From positions 145,700,001 to 145,764,000 of the forward strand of contig OZ038378.1 of NCBI GenBank assembly GCA_964036045.1: DNA of 64,000 nucleotides, written 5' to 3'. Position 1 is the stretch's first letter. Every line of letters starts with the position of its first letter. The notes below the pieces were generated by a model. That model was given only the letters and a program-made list of their open reading frames with translations. It did not search any database and was not told where the DNA came from. This document shows, piece by piece, positions 22,791-33,300 of the stretch. This DNA comes from Eutreptiella sp. 'Long Island Sound 2002'. Lineage: Eukaryota; Protista; Euglenida. A program made the position numbers and the translations under genes.

Positions 22791-24743
22791 GCCAGAACAC
22801 GGTAAACGGTAGGTGCACACCTGGTACTGACAGTTGCACACCCACGTGTCCACCTTCCACTGGGCGGCGTTGCGGAGGTTGTCGACAAGGGTCAGGGCTC
22901 CCCAGTAGTGGGCCATCTGCGAATAGGACATCACTTCGAAGGTCGGTTGTTTCGTGAAACCCCAGGCTGCCGGCACGAAGGCAAACGCAACGTCGCCCAT
23001 TTGCAAATTGAGTCGCGGCACCCTCGCATTGCTAACGGCTGGGGCCCACCATCGATGCACCCAAGGTGTTGAACAGTTTGGTACATCGTCCTCGCCATCG
23101 GGCGCAATGTCCGTGTACTGCACCCCCTTTACCGCCAGCCACATGTTGTAGTCTGCAATGTGCCAACAGAGATGCATGACGTCGCCCATATACTGCCATG
23201 GCACCGGCACGTGCGCGCACTCGCCCATGTCGAACTCCCTCTCGTGTGGTGTCGGTAGTGGAGGCTGCTTGCACGCCATCTCCATGACCTCGGGACCCTC
23301 CACGCACGGCAGAACCTTGCGCACCCCATGCGGCAAAAATGTAAAGACCAGGTACCTGCTCTTACCACCACCAAAGCGCACGAACAAAGGCCCGTTCATG
23401 AGCAGGGCATCCCCAAGTTTCATCGGCAGCGTGTGCATCTTGTTCGCTGTGTGCTGTCCACGATGTGACCCAACCTGCACCTGCAGAGCTTGCGCAGCCT
23501 CAACGTCCTGAAGGGGGACAATGACCATGTGCGTCAAGTGGGCGTACGCGCGGGACCAGTGGTGCATGCGGTGAAGTAGCTCGTATCCTGCCCAATCCTC
23601 CGGATTGGTGTCCTCTGGCCGGGTATACAAAACCGTCCCCAAGGTGTCGCTGTCCTTCAGGAAGACCCACTGCTCGTAGATGGCGGTGTACAAGGCGTTG
23701 TGGAGCGGCAAAGGAAACCAAGTCACCGCGTCCCGCTGGGTTTGCAGTCGCACCCCCGGATAACCAGCACCATGGACAGGCCACACCTCCAACGTCTGCC
23801 GTTCCGGGTTGACAATGTTCTGCAGTTGCTCGTGGATCTCCGGGGGGAAGAGGGCCTGCATGAGGTGGTAGCCAGCGACATCGTAGTTGTTCCAACTTTG
23901 GTTTGGAGCGGCCGGAACCTCCATGGACAGTTCAGGTGGGTTGGTGGAGATTGCTGGACCAGGGGAACCCATCGGAACGTACACCCGGCTGGCCGTTGTT
24001 TCCCACTTTGTGGGATGGGTCACATCCGGCACAATGTGCTCCAGCTGCGCCGCCGCAACTGCAACCATGGGCCCCTGGCCGACCCACTCTTGGCCTTTGC
24101 AGGCCTTATACCTGAGCGGCACATCTGCCGTTGTGGGTTTGGTGACTTTCGCTTTCCGCTGCAAATAGCTGCAGAGCGGCCTATCCACCGGGTCAGTGTC
24201 CCATTGATTTTTTGAAATGTCGTGTGTGGCCCAGCATTCGGTCTGCGGCCCGTTGCCACAGCCAATGGAGACGAGGCGGTGGATCATATCGGAATCCGCC
24301 CGACACATCCTGATGACAACCGCAACCACCTTTGAACCCAACAGCCTGTGGGTTGTGTGAGCGACCGTTGTGAGCGACCCTGGGGTGAGAGGCAAACGGA
24401 CACATGTGGCATCGTACACCACTGCTACATGCACCACACCGTCCTTCTCCGAAGCCATCAAAAGGTTTTCAATCCGCACGGACAGTTGTGGCCACTGGTT
24501 CACATCCCCATCTTCCAACTTCACAACCTCCTTTGTAAATCCTTCCGGGGTCACCTCCAACAGGGGCTCCGCAAGCACCTCCATGGTGCGGACCACACCC
24601 GCCGGCCCCTCCGGCACAACCGGCCCAGCCTCATTGTCGTCATCGGACGATGAGTCGTTGGCGCCCGCGGTGGGCAGGTTGATTTTGGCCTGCTTCCCCC
24701 CCTTTGGTGCTGCCTTCTTTGGCTTCCCCTTCTTCTAGGGCAT
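22770..24743 (-). pseudogene. Element 2 cargo ORF (~657 aa) with a PhyH/2OG-Fe(II) dioxygenase-like fold; TAG at codon 3
   Basis: Reads MP*KKGKPKK.. in frame with the 615-aa ORF; YDVAGYHLMQALFPPE and VPLQDV..LQVQVGSHR..LPMKLGDALLMNGPL..GGGKSRYLVFTF match the PhyH-family pattern. Confidence 0.65.
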
Positions 24744-24784
24744 CCAGAAGACTATAAAAAGGAAGGAGAACAGCAAAAAGCGCA

Positions 24785-24908
24785 TTTTGACGTGCGCTAT
24801 TCCTCGTTTTGACGTGCGCTAAAACTAGTTTTGTCTTAAGCTGCATTGCACTACAGTACAAGCTAAAACTGGTTTTGACGCGCGCTAAAACTAGTTTTGA
24901 CGTGCGAC
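24785..24908. repeat. TTTTGACGTGCGCTAAAA repeat block A
   Basis: Shares aaaactagttttgtcttaagct with block D. Confidence 0.9.
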
Positions 24909-25169
24909 AAACGAAGGCAAACGGAGCAAACACGGCACAAGACAAAAGTTGACGGGGACCCAGGTTTGACGTAAGACGACCCAACCTGTTACCGGAAAAA
25001 GCATGGATTTAGCCTCATTTTACATCAATTTGGCATGGTTTTGTCCTACCACCACCCAAACACATGGAGGGACATGGCAAACACCGTTTAACCAAGTTTG
25101 ACCTCAATTTACCGCTTTTTACCGCGTTTTAGCGAAACTTCACTTTATCCATTTGTCTTCGTAGTTACA

Positions 25170-25390
25170 AGCCACCTAGCCAGCCACCTTGCCACCTAGC
25201 CACCTAGCCGTGTAGCCACCATATTGGGTTGGGCCTTGCATTTTTGCATTTTGCCTCTTTGCCTTTGCTCTCAACATCAGATCACATCACATCACTCTAG
25301 CCATCCGGCCACCCAGCCGCCCAGCCACGCAGCCACCTAGCTAGCCGCCCGGCCACCCATCCACCCAACCACCTAGCCACCTAGCCACCA
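25170..25390 (+). repeat. (agccacc[c/t])n array, continuing 18095-18160 across element 2
   Basis: Directly visible on both flanks of element 2. Confidence 0.85.
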
Positions 25391-25838
25391 TATTGTGTTG
25401 GGCCTTGCATTTTGCCCTCAAGATCACTGATGATGATGATGTGTCCAACACCAAAAAAATTTTCAACGTAAAACTTTTTGTAAAACTTTTTTTCCAACAC
25501 AACAATTTTTGTGTTCAGGAATTTTGTGTTCAAAATTTTTGTGTTGAAAAAAATTTTGTGTTGAAAAAAAAACTTTGTGTTGAAAAGAGGCCACACAACC
25601 TAGTGGCCCCAAATGCACGAGCATACATAGCCACAAGTCAAAAGGGGATGGCTTGCACCCCTAGGGACCCCAAGTGTGGCCGTTTTTCTTCATTTTCGTT
25701 GATTTTGGCCAAATTTCCCCCCAGCCATTTCTGGCCAGCCGTGGCCAGCCACGGGGGGGGGGGGGGGAGGGGAGGGGGGGGTCAACCCACCCAGCCGCGG
25801 CTAGCCGCGGCTAGGAACACCCCCAGAGGGCATTCAAT

Positions 25839-26561
25839 GTGGACAAGCATGATGAGGAGGATGGAGACGAGGAGGAGGAGGACGAAGAGGAGGAGGAGGG
25901 TGCCAACGAGGGGTCGATCGTAGAGGAGGAGCCGTTGGAGGAGGAGGAGGAAGAGGAGAAACCCAAGAAACACGACAAGGGCAAGGGAAGGCGCAAGAAA
26001 ACGTTGCAACAAGAGTTTTTCCAGGAGCCAGACAGCGGGGAAGAGGAGGGGAATCCGAGGCGGGAGGCAAAGAGGCGGCGCAAGGCCTCATAGGAGGAGG
26101 ACGCCAACCTCATGGACAGGGAGGTGGTTCGGGTCAACAACGGGTTGGAACAATACGGGGTATCAATAGACTCGGTGGGGACCCATGTCAAGTTGTGTCT
26201 CAGGAGCAACGTGCATGCTAAGCAGCAACCAGCTGTGCTTGCAGCATCGGGAGGAGCACCGGTTCCCAAAGTGGTGGCAGGCCTTGAGGTCAGGTTAGGG
26301 CTGTGCATGGCATCCACCAATGCGTTCACCTCGTGCAAAGCGTTGAAACTTTGTGCGGCGGGGGAAACCATGCACAGTTGGCAGTGGCGCCTCATGCGGT
26401 ACGTCTTTCTAACCCGAAAAATTGCAGTGCAGGCAAAGCACCTCCCTATCCGTGCCAACCGTGGTACGTGCGTGTGCTATCAGGGCGGCGCATCGACGTA
26501 CAAATGCCAAGCTTGTGGCGTTTCGTTGCACGTTGATTGCTTTGCGGAGTACCATCAGTAG
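25839..26561 (+). pseudogene. piggyBac-like transposase remnant: acidic N-terminus + C-terminal Cys-rich domain
   Basis: HLPIRANRGTCVCY..STYKCQACGVSLHVDCFAEYHQ* matches the piggyBac C-terminal Cys-rich domain; in-frame TAG at 26091-26093; DDD core absent; no TTAA-bounded TIR found. Confidence 0.65.
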
Positions 26562-26736
26562 GGCTGAAGGGCGTTCATATGGCATGGGGGGAAGTGCCCC
26601 ATTGCGAAGCTCCCGCCGTAAAATAGAGCTAACGACCCCGAATGCGGCCACCCCTCGACCGCCCTGGCTGGGAATGGAAGGCATTGGTATGTGGCACAAA
26701 CAGACACACACGTGCAGACACACAAACACACGTACA

Positions 26737-26737
<1 letters not shown>

Positions 26738-26779
<42 letters not shown>
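26738..26779 (+). repeat. (AC)n microsatellite
   Basis: Directly visible. Confidence 0.95.
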
Positions 26780-26786
<7 letters not shown>

Positions 26787-28240
26787 ATACACTATGAAGT
26801 GGAATGAACTCCGCAAACTGATCGGACCGCTCGGTTTAAGGGGTTTTATGCGATTTGCACAAAAACCACACCAGACCGGCCAGACCGGACAAGACCGGTC
26901 CTCCGTGTTCCCGCACGAACTGCACAAACTGCCCGGTCTGCATAAACTGCATAAACTGCGTAAACCGGCGTAAACTAGAAGTTTTGCCAGAATAAACTGG
27001 GTGAAACGGAAAGACCGGGTAGACCGGGAGACCGGACTTTGAAATGCGTACGTGTAGCCAAAGGAATATATGGTCCAGTGGGGGTCAGAAACCACCCACA
27101 CCCCCACACCCCCGCTGCTTAAGTGAATCTGGGTGTCCCCGCAGCCTCAAGGCACCCCCCACCCCCCTGCCCTGCCGCCCCCCGCATTTCAAGGAGCCTT
27201 GTGTATCTTCCTCTCTTTGCTGCTGCCTGGCTGCATGTGTTGGGGGGAGCACACCCATGGGGTGGTGTCCTGTCGTGGGCTGGGGTGGGGTGGGGTGGGG
27301 CAAGGTAGGATTTCGTGGACTCCTTGGACCTCGTGACCCACACAAACTTTCGAAATTCGTCTGCAAGAGGTGGGGCGGTTCCCAGCAGCCGCTCTGGCGC
27401 TGTACTTTCGTGATTAGGGACACTTCCGTTACAGTCCCCCTCACCTTCCGTTACACTTCCATTGCATTTCCATTACACCCCTGTTACATCTCCTTTGCAT
27501 CTCCTGTACAGCAGCCACCAGGCATGCCACTAGTGTTTGGCAGGCAAACTGGTGCTCAGTAGCGATCGGCGCTGTACAAAGGGCCAATCAGTAATACCCA
27601 CCCACCCCCTGCACCACCAGAATTCAGTAGGAACGTGCTGCGTCCACCCTGCTCCATCTGATCATGTCTCAGCTGGCAGACGCCATTCGCAAGTCTCATA
27701 TTGCCGAATTCACATGCAGGACCAGAGGACAGACATTTGTATTGGATGACACCCCTGCGCACATGCATGCATTTGTTTGCCTGGCCCTTTCCCTGTTGTT
27801 ATATATTACATTTGTACCCCCCTTCCCCCGAGCTGCACACCCTACTGCCAGGGGTGTGACATAGTCATGCGGTGCAGACATACACAGGGTTACGTGGTAC
27901 AGGGTACAGGGTACAGAATGTTGACAGCATACCACGACCTCCAAGTCCCTGGCGGCTTGTTTGCCACCATGTTGGTCCGCACATGCATTCTGGCATGCTG
28001 TGCGGTGTTTATGTAGTGGCTTTGCTAATCAGAGGGCTTTGGTGCGGCATGTTGTAGGCTGTCTCTGACCAGCACTAGAGCATGTGTTGCCACTGAAGGG
28101 GAGAGGGTGAGTTCCCTGCCAATGGAATAGCTGTATCCTGCACGTTCCCCAGGCGCCAGAAACTGTGGCTGAAAGAAGGCATGCAACTTCTGTGGAACCA
28201 CGCTGAAAGGCCCAGAAACAATTTGCTCCAATCACTAAAG

Positions 28241-28299
28241 GGTGGTGGTGGTGGTGGTGGTGGTGGTGGTGGTGGTGGTGGTGGTGGTGGTGGTGGTGG
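28241..28299 (+). repeat. (GGT)n microsatellite
   Basis: Directly visible. Confidence 0.95.
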
Positions 28300-29303
28300 G
28301 TGGGTCCAAGGGGAGGAGGGGTCTGGTACCCCCCCACCCCAACCCACCAAGCACGGGGGTCCAGAATATGGTTCTCTGGGTCTCCGGTGTGCAATCTGCG
28401 GATGTGCATGGAGCTCTTTCCACTACGGCTTTTACGGGCCGACTGTGCAGAGGCACCTCAACCGACTTGAATCTTGCATTGGGCCTGATATGACCCTCGG
28501 TGCCGAAGGAGCCGGAAGGAACACTGAATGCCCACCCTTACAACCCCCTATGAGGCCTCCCATTGAACAGTGTGCTCTGGTCAGGTTGCCACTACCCATG
28601 CGTTGCGACACCTTCGGTGTCTTCGCGAAGTGTGTAGCTCTCTGCTTACCGCATTTTCGGGATTGAAAGTCACCAGGGAAGAGTGAGACGAGCGCAGTGC
28701 GAAGTGCGAAACAGGGCGACCAGTGGCGACTAGTGAAGCCGTTCTAGGAGCAGGGATGGTTGAGGTCAATTAGACGGTCCGCACTGGCGCTTCCCCAAAT
28801 TGGTGGACCACTTTTCCTTCGGATGTCACATAGTCCAAGGTGGACCCCACCCAAAGTCCTGGTTCCGCACCGCTACCACTTTTTTCATGTGCCGCCTCTT
28901 TCGGCAATGGAGTAGGACGTTGTGAATTGAGGGCTAAAACGTTCCATTGCTGTGCTTTCGCTCTGCGCATGCCTGGGTCAAGGTTGGCCAGTCAAAACCT
29001 TGTTTTGGGCCGGAGGAGGGGGGCTCCAAGGGCCACAAGCTGATCATCCCGACATCGACATCCCGAATATGAGTGCAACAGAACGTCTCCAAGGGCCAAT
29101 TGGATGTTTCTCAGCCAGAATGCAGCAGAACAGGGGTGAGGGTGAGGGTGCGGATGCAGGTGCGGGTGAGGGTGAGGGTTAGCGTTTGGCCCTTTTGGTG
29201 CAGGGTGAGGGGGGGGGGGGGGCGCAAAATGGGGCTCCAAACCGACCCTTGCAGACCCCTCTGGGGAGGCAGTTCGAAGCATGAGAGTCTTGAATGATGT
29301 GTC

Positions 29304-29806
29304 TGACATTCTGTAGAGTAGATTTTGTTAATGTGTCGTCTGAATGAGCCCTCGTGAACAATGCACTCAGGGCACCTCATCTGTCACAGCGGAAGGCGCC
29401 GATGGCATTGTCACTGAAGAGCCTTTTGTTTTGATTTCGTTGCTTTGCGACCTTGTGCTCTGCCGTGTACAGGTCAGCATTCAACATCTGCATCCCACTG
29501 CATCCCACTGCATCCCACAGTGGGGGGGTCCTGCATAATCGACCCCACCCCTGCCCCGTATGCCACTGGGGGATTGGTGGGAAGGGCGGGGCTGGGTTTG
29601 GCAAAGGCTGGATCGCATGCACAACACCGAAGCCCCAGCCTCAGGACGACGACCGTTCCATTGCAGGGGGGCCGGGGGAGGGGGGGGGTGCGCAGCAGCG
29701 AGGGCACCGTGGCCGCCCCGTCCCGCAAGACCGTGCAGATCCCGCACCCGTTGGTGCCCAACGTACGCAATGCCTTGTACTGAAATACGACTGACTGCCG
29801 CCGCTT
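29304..29806 (+). repeat. ~500-bp block duplicated at 54788-55291
   Basis: Near-identical direct copies, including an exon-like tail VRSSEGTVAAPSRKTVQIPHP.VPNVRNALY*. Confidence 0.9.
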
Positions 29807-29964
29807 GTGGGGGGGGGGGGTGGAGAAGGGGTACCAAGCCCCCCAGTAAATTCTTCCAGAGCCATGCCGGAGAATACAGGAGACGTGGAAGACGCAGAGG
29901 CAACGGATGTATGCGAAGGGGAAGAGAAGACGCAAAAAAGCGGAGCCGGCGCGGTGCCTCGACG

Positions 29965-29987
29965 TGCCCTCTGTTTTATGTCTGCAG
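29965..29987 (+). promoter_or_regulatory. Possible splice (or spliced-leader trans-splice) acceptor upstream of exon 1
   Basis: Pyrimidine-rich tract ending tctgcAG about 65 nt before the ATG at 30052; function inferred. Confidence 0.3.
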
Positions 29988-30051
29988 AGCCAGATTTCTG
30001 CCGTTGCCGCCCCAACGGTTGCGGGTCCTCTCATGACCCGTCCCAGACCGT

Positions 30052-30345
30052 ATGAGACGAGTTCTTGCCACGGTCGTGGGCCTCCTTCTGGCGCTGCTCT
30101 GCGGGGTCCCGCACAGCCTCCGCCGCCAGCGGCAGCCCCGCGCCGCTCTTGCCTGGGAGGCCCCGGCGGCGCCACCCCGGCCCCTGCCGGCCCCTGATGC
30201 GGCCCTTGCCCTCGCCGTGTGGGCGTCGTACCACGACTATAACTTGGCCGTCAGCCTCAACGGCACGGTGGTGCTGGCCCTCCATCTGGAGAACGTGGCC
30301 GGGGTTCCGATGTACGGGAACCGTCACGCGACCAGTCCGGCGCAA
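30052..30345 (+). CDS. Carbamoyltransferase exon 1
   Basis: MRRVLATVVGLLLALLCG hydrophobic leader; WASYHDYNLAVSLNGTVVLALHLE fits HD.S.A..DG..A.E; donor CAA|gtgcgg. Confidence 0.8.
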
Positions 30346-33300
30346 GTGCGGCAGGTCGCACGTGCTCTGTGCATTGGTTCGGCCCGCGGCAATCGGCAGT
30401 ACAAGTGCTGCTAGCACACAATGAGAGTATCCCCCCCCCCCTCCAGGGATGCGCTCGAGGGGAAAGGTGCCCCAAGAGGGTTTCGAGAGCGGTTGTAAAG
30501 GCGGTTACTGACGATTGGAACAGCGGTTGGGAGGCGCGGTCTGGCGGGTGCAAAGCAGTTGGAGGGCCGTTTGGGGCGGACGGACGTGACCGGCAGGGCA
30601 GACCGTCATGGCAGAGGGGGGGGGGGGTACCTCCCCCCATTCAAGCGCAAGCCTGCCCCCCCCCCCCCCCCAGTGCAAAGTCCCCCAGGGGGCAGGGGGG
30701 CGTCAATGGCCCCAAAAGTCTACGGCCGAAGAAAATCTTTCCTCCGTAAGAATGGCGTTGTAGTCGAAAGGTGCGGTTGGGGTCCTCTCATCCCCCCCCC
30801 CCCCCGCAGGGCGGGGGGCGTTATTTGGTGACCGTTCATCCCGGGGGGTGGGGTGGGGTGGGAGACCAGGGAGTGTCCATGGGGGCGGGGGGCTATGCCC
30901 ACATTTGGTCACACAAACCTGATCCCCTTTGCCTGCACCGCCGACACACAGTCTTGTCGATGTGTCCAACCCGCGCTCCCGGTCAAGACACACCCTGCGA
31001 CTGCACCGGCGGTTCTGACCCCAACGGGGGGGGATGGAGGGGGCTGGGATGCACCCTGCTGGCCGGGGTGGCCGTGGTGATAGGGTGGTGTGTCCCATAG
31101 CGCCTCGTCACCCCCGCCATCCATTCTGGTCGGCTGGCTTCATATGGGCGGCCCCGCCGGGGGGTTGGGGATTGCGGTCCGCAATTGTGCGTGATGCCGC
31201 GATTCATGCTTCAATTCCGTGGTCATGTTGCGGGCCGGCGCAAGCTTCCGCAACTTTCTGCAATTGTTCCGCAATTTTGCGCAATTATTCGGCTATTTTC
31301 CGCAATTGTTCGGCAATTGTCCGCAATTGTTTTGCAATTTTCTGCAATTATTCGGCGATTTTCCGCAATTGGTCGGCAATTTTCCGCATTTGTTCAGCAA
31401 TTTCCCACAATCGTTCTGCAATTTTCCGCAATTGTTCGGCGATTTCCCACAAATTTCTGGCAATTTTCCGCAATTGTTCGGCAATTTTCCGCAACTGTTC
31501 GGCAATTTTCCGCATTTGTTCGGCAATTTCCCGCAAATTTCTGGCAATTTTCCGCAATCGTTCGGGATCTTTCCGCCAGTGGTTGGCAATTTTCCGCAAT
31601 TTTTCAGCAATTTCCCGCAACTGTTCGGCAATTCCCCCCAAATTTCTGGCAATTTTCCGCAATCGTTCGGCACTTTTCCGCAATTCTTCGGCAATTTCCC
31701 GCAATTGTTCCGCTGTTTTCCGCAATTGTTCGGCAATGTCCCGCAAATTTCTGGCAATTTCCCGCAATTGTTCGGCAATTGTCCGCAATTGTTCGGCAAT
31801 TTTTCGCAATTGTTCGGCAATTTCCCGCAATTGGTGGGCAATTTTCCGCATTTCTTCAGCAATTTCCCGCAATTGTGCGGCAATTTCCGCAATTGATTTG
31901 CAATTTCCCCCAATTTTCTGCCATCTTTCTGCAATTGTTCGGCAAAGTCCCGCAATTGTGCGGAAGTTTTCCGCAATTGTTCAGCAATTTCCCGCAGTTG
32001 TCTTGCAACTTTGCGCAATTGTTCGGCAGTTTCGCCAAATTTCTGGCAAATTTCCGCAATCGTTCAGGAATTTTCCGCAATTGATCGGCAATTTTCCGCA
32101 ATTCTTCTGCAATTTCCTGCAATTGTGCAGCAATTTTTCGCAAATTTCTGGCAATTTGTGCAATTCTTCGGCAAATTTCCGCAATTTTTCAGCATCCTTT
32201 CGCAACTGTTTGGCAATTTTCTGCAATTGTTCGGCATTTTTCCGCAATTGTCCAGCAGTTTCCTACAATTTCCTGGCAATTTTCCCGAATTCTTCGGCAA
32301 TTTTTCGCAATTATTCGGCAATTGTTCCGCAATTGTTCCGCAATTTTCCGCAACTATTCGCAATTTTTCGCAACTGTTCGGCAGTTTCCTACAAATGTCT
32401 GGCAATTTCCCGCAATTCGTCGACAATTTTTCGCACTTGTTCGGCAATTTCCCGCAACTGTTCGGCGATTTCTTGCAAATTTCTGGCAATTTTCCGCTAT
32501 TGTTTGGCATATTCACGCATTTGTTCGGCCATTTCCCGCAAATTTGTGGCAATTTTGCGCCATTGTTTGACATTTTCCCGCAAATTTTCCGCAATTATTC
32601 GGTACTTTCCCGCTTATGTTTGGCAAGTTTCCGCAATTGTGCGGCAATTTTACTGAACTGTGCCGCAGTTCTCCGCGATTGTCCGGCAATTTGGCGCAAT
32701 TGTTCGGCAACATTCCGCAATTGGTTGGCAATTTTCCGCAAAGTTCTGCCAATTTTTCGCAATTGTTCGGCAGTTTCCCACAAATTTCTCGCAATTTTCC
32801 GCAATTGTTCGGCAATTTTGGGCAATTGTTCGGCAACTTTCCGCAATTGTTCGGCAACATTCCCCAATTTTTCGGCAAATTTCCGCAATTGGTCGGCAAC
32901 GTTCCGCAATTAGTCGGCAATATTCCGCATTTCTTCAGCAATTTCCCTCAAAGTTCTGCCAATTTTTGGCAATTGTTCGGCAGTTTCCCGCAAATTTCTG
33001 GCAATTTTCCGCAGTTGTTTGCAATTTCCCGCAATTGTTCGGCAATTTCCCTCAAATTTTCTGGCAATTTTCCGCAATTGTTCGGCAATTTTCGGCAATT
33101 GCTCAACATTTTTTTGCAATTGTTCGGCAATTTTCTGCAACTGTTCTGCAATTTTCCGCATTTGTTCGGCAATTTTCCGCAAATTTTCTGGTAATCGTTC
33201 GGCAATTTTCGGTAATTGCTCGGCAATTTTCCGCAATTGTTCGACAATTTTCTGCAGCTGTTCTGCAATTTTCCGCATTTGTTCGGCAATTTTCCGCAAT

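Larger units (their letters stand above)
18161..25169 (-). mobile_element. DNA transposon 2: 7-kb, four co-oriented ORFs, TGT..ACA termini, probable 2-bp AG TSD
   Basis: TIRs TGTAACTACGAAGACA..AGTGAAGTTTCGCTAAAACGCGGTAAA at both ends; flanks cccAG | AGcca; removing the element and one AG restores the (agccacc[c/t])n array. Confidence 0.9.

Noticed and set aside
13331-24743. RAG2-like partner gene
   Set aside because: No kelch/beta-propeller or clear PHD pattern in any accessory ORF
16913-27130. Defined piggyBac element boundaries
   Set aside because: No TTAA-flanked TIR pair could be identified
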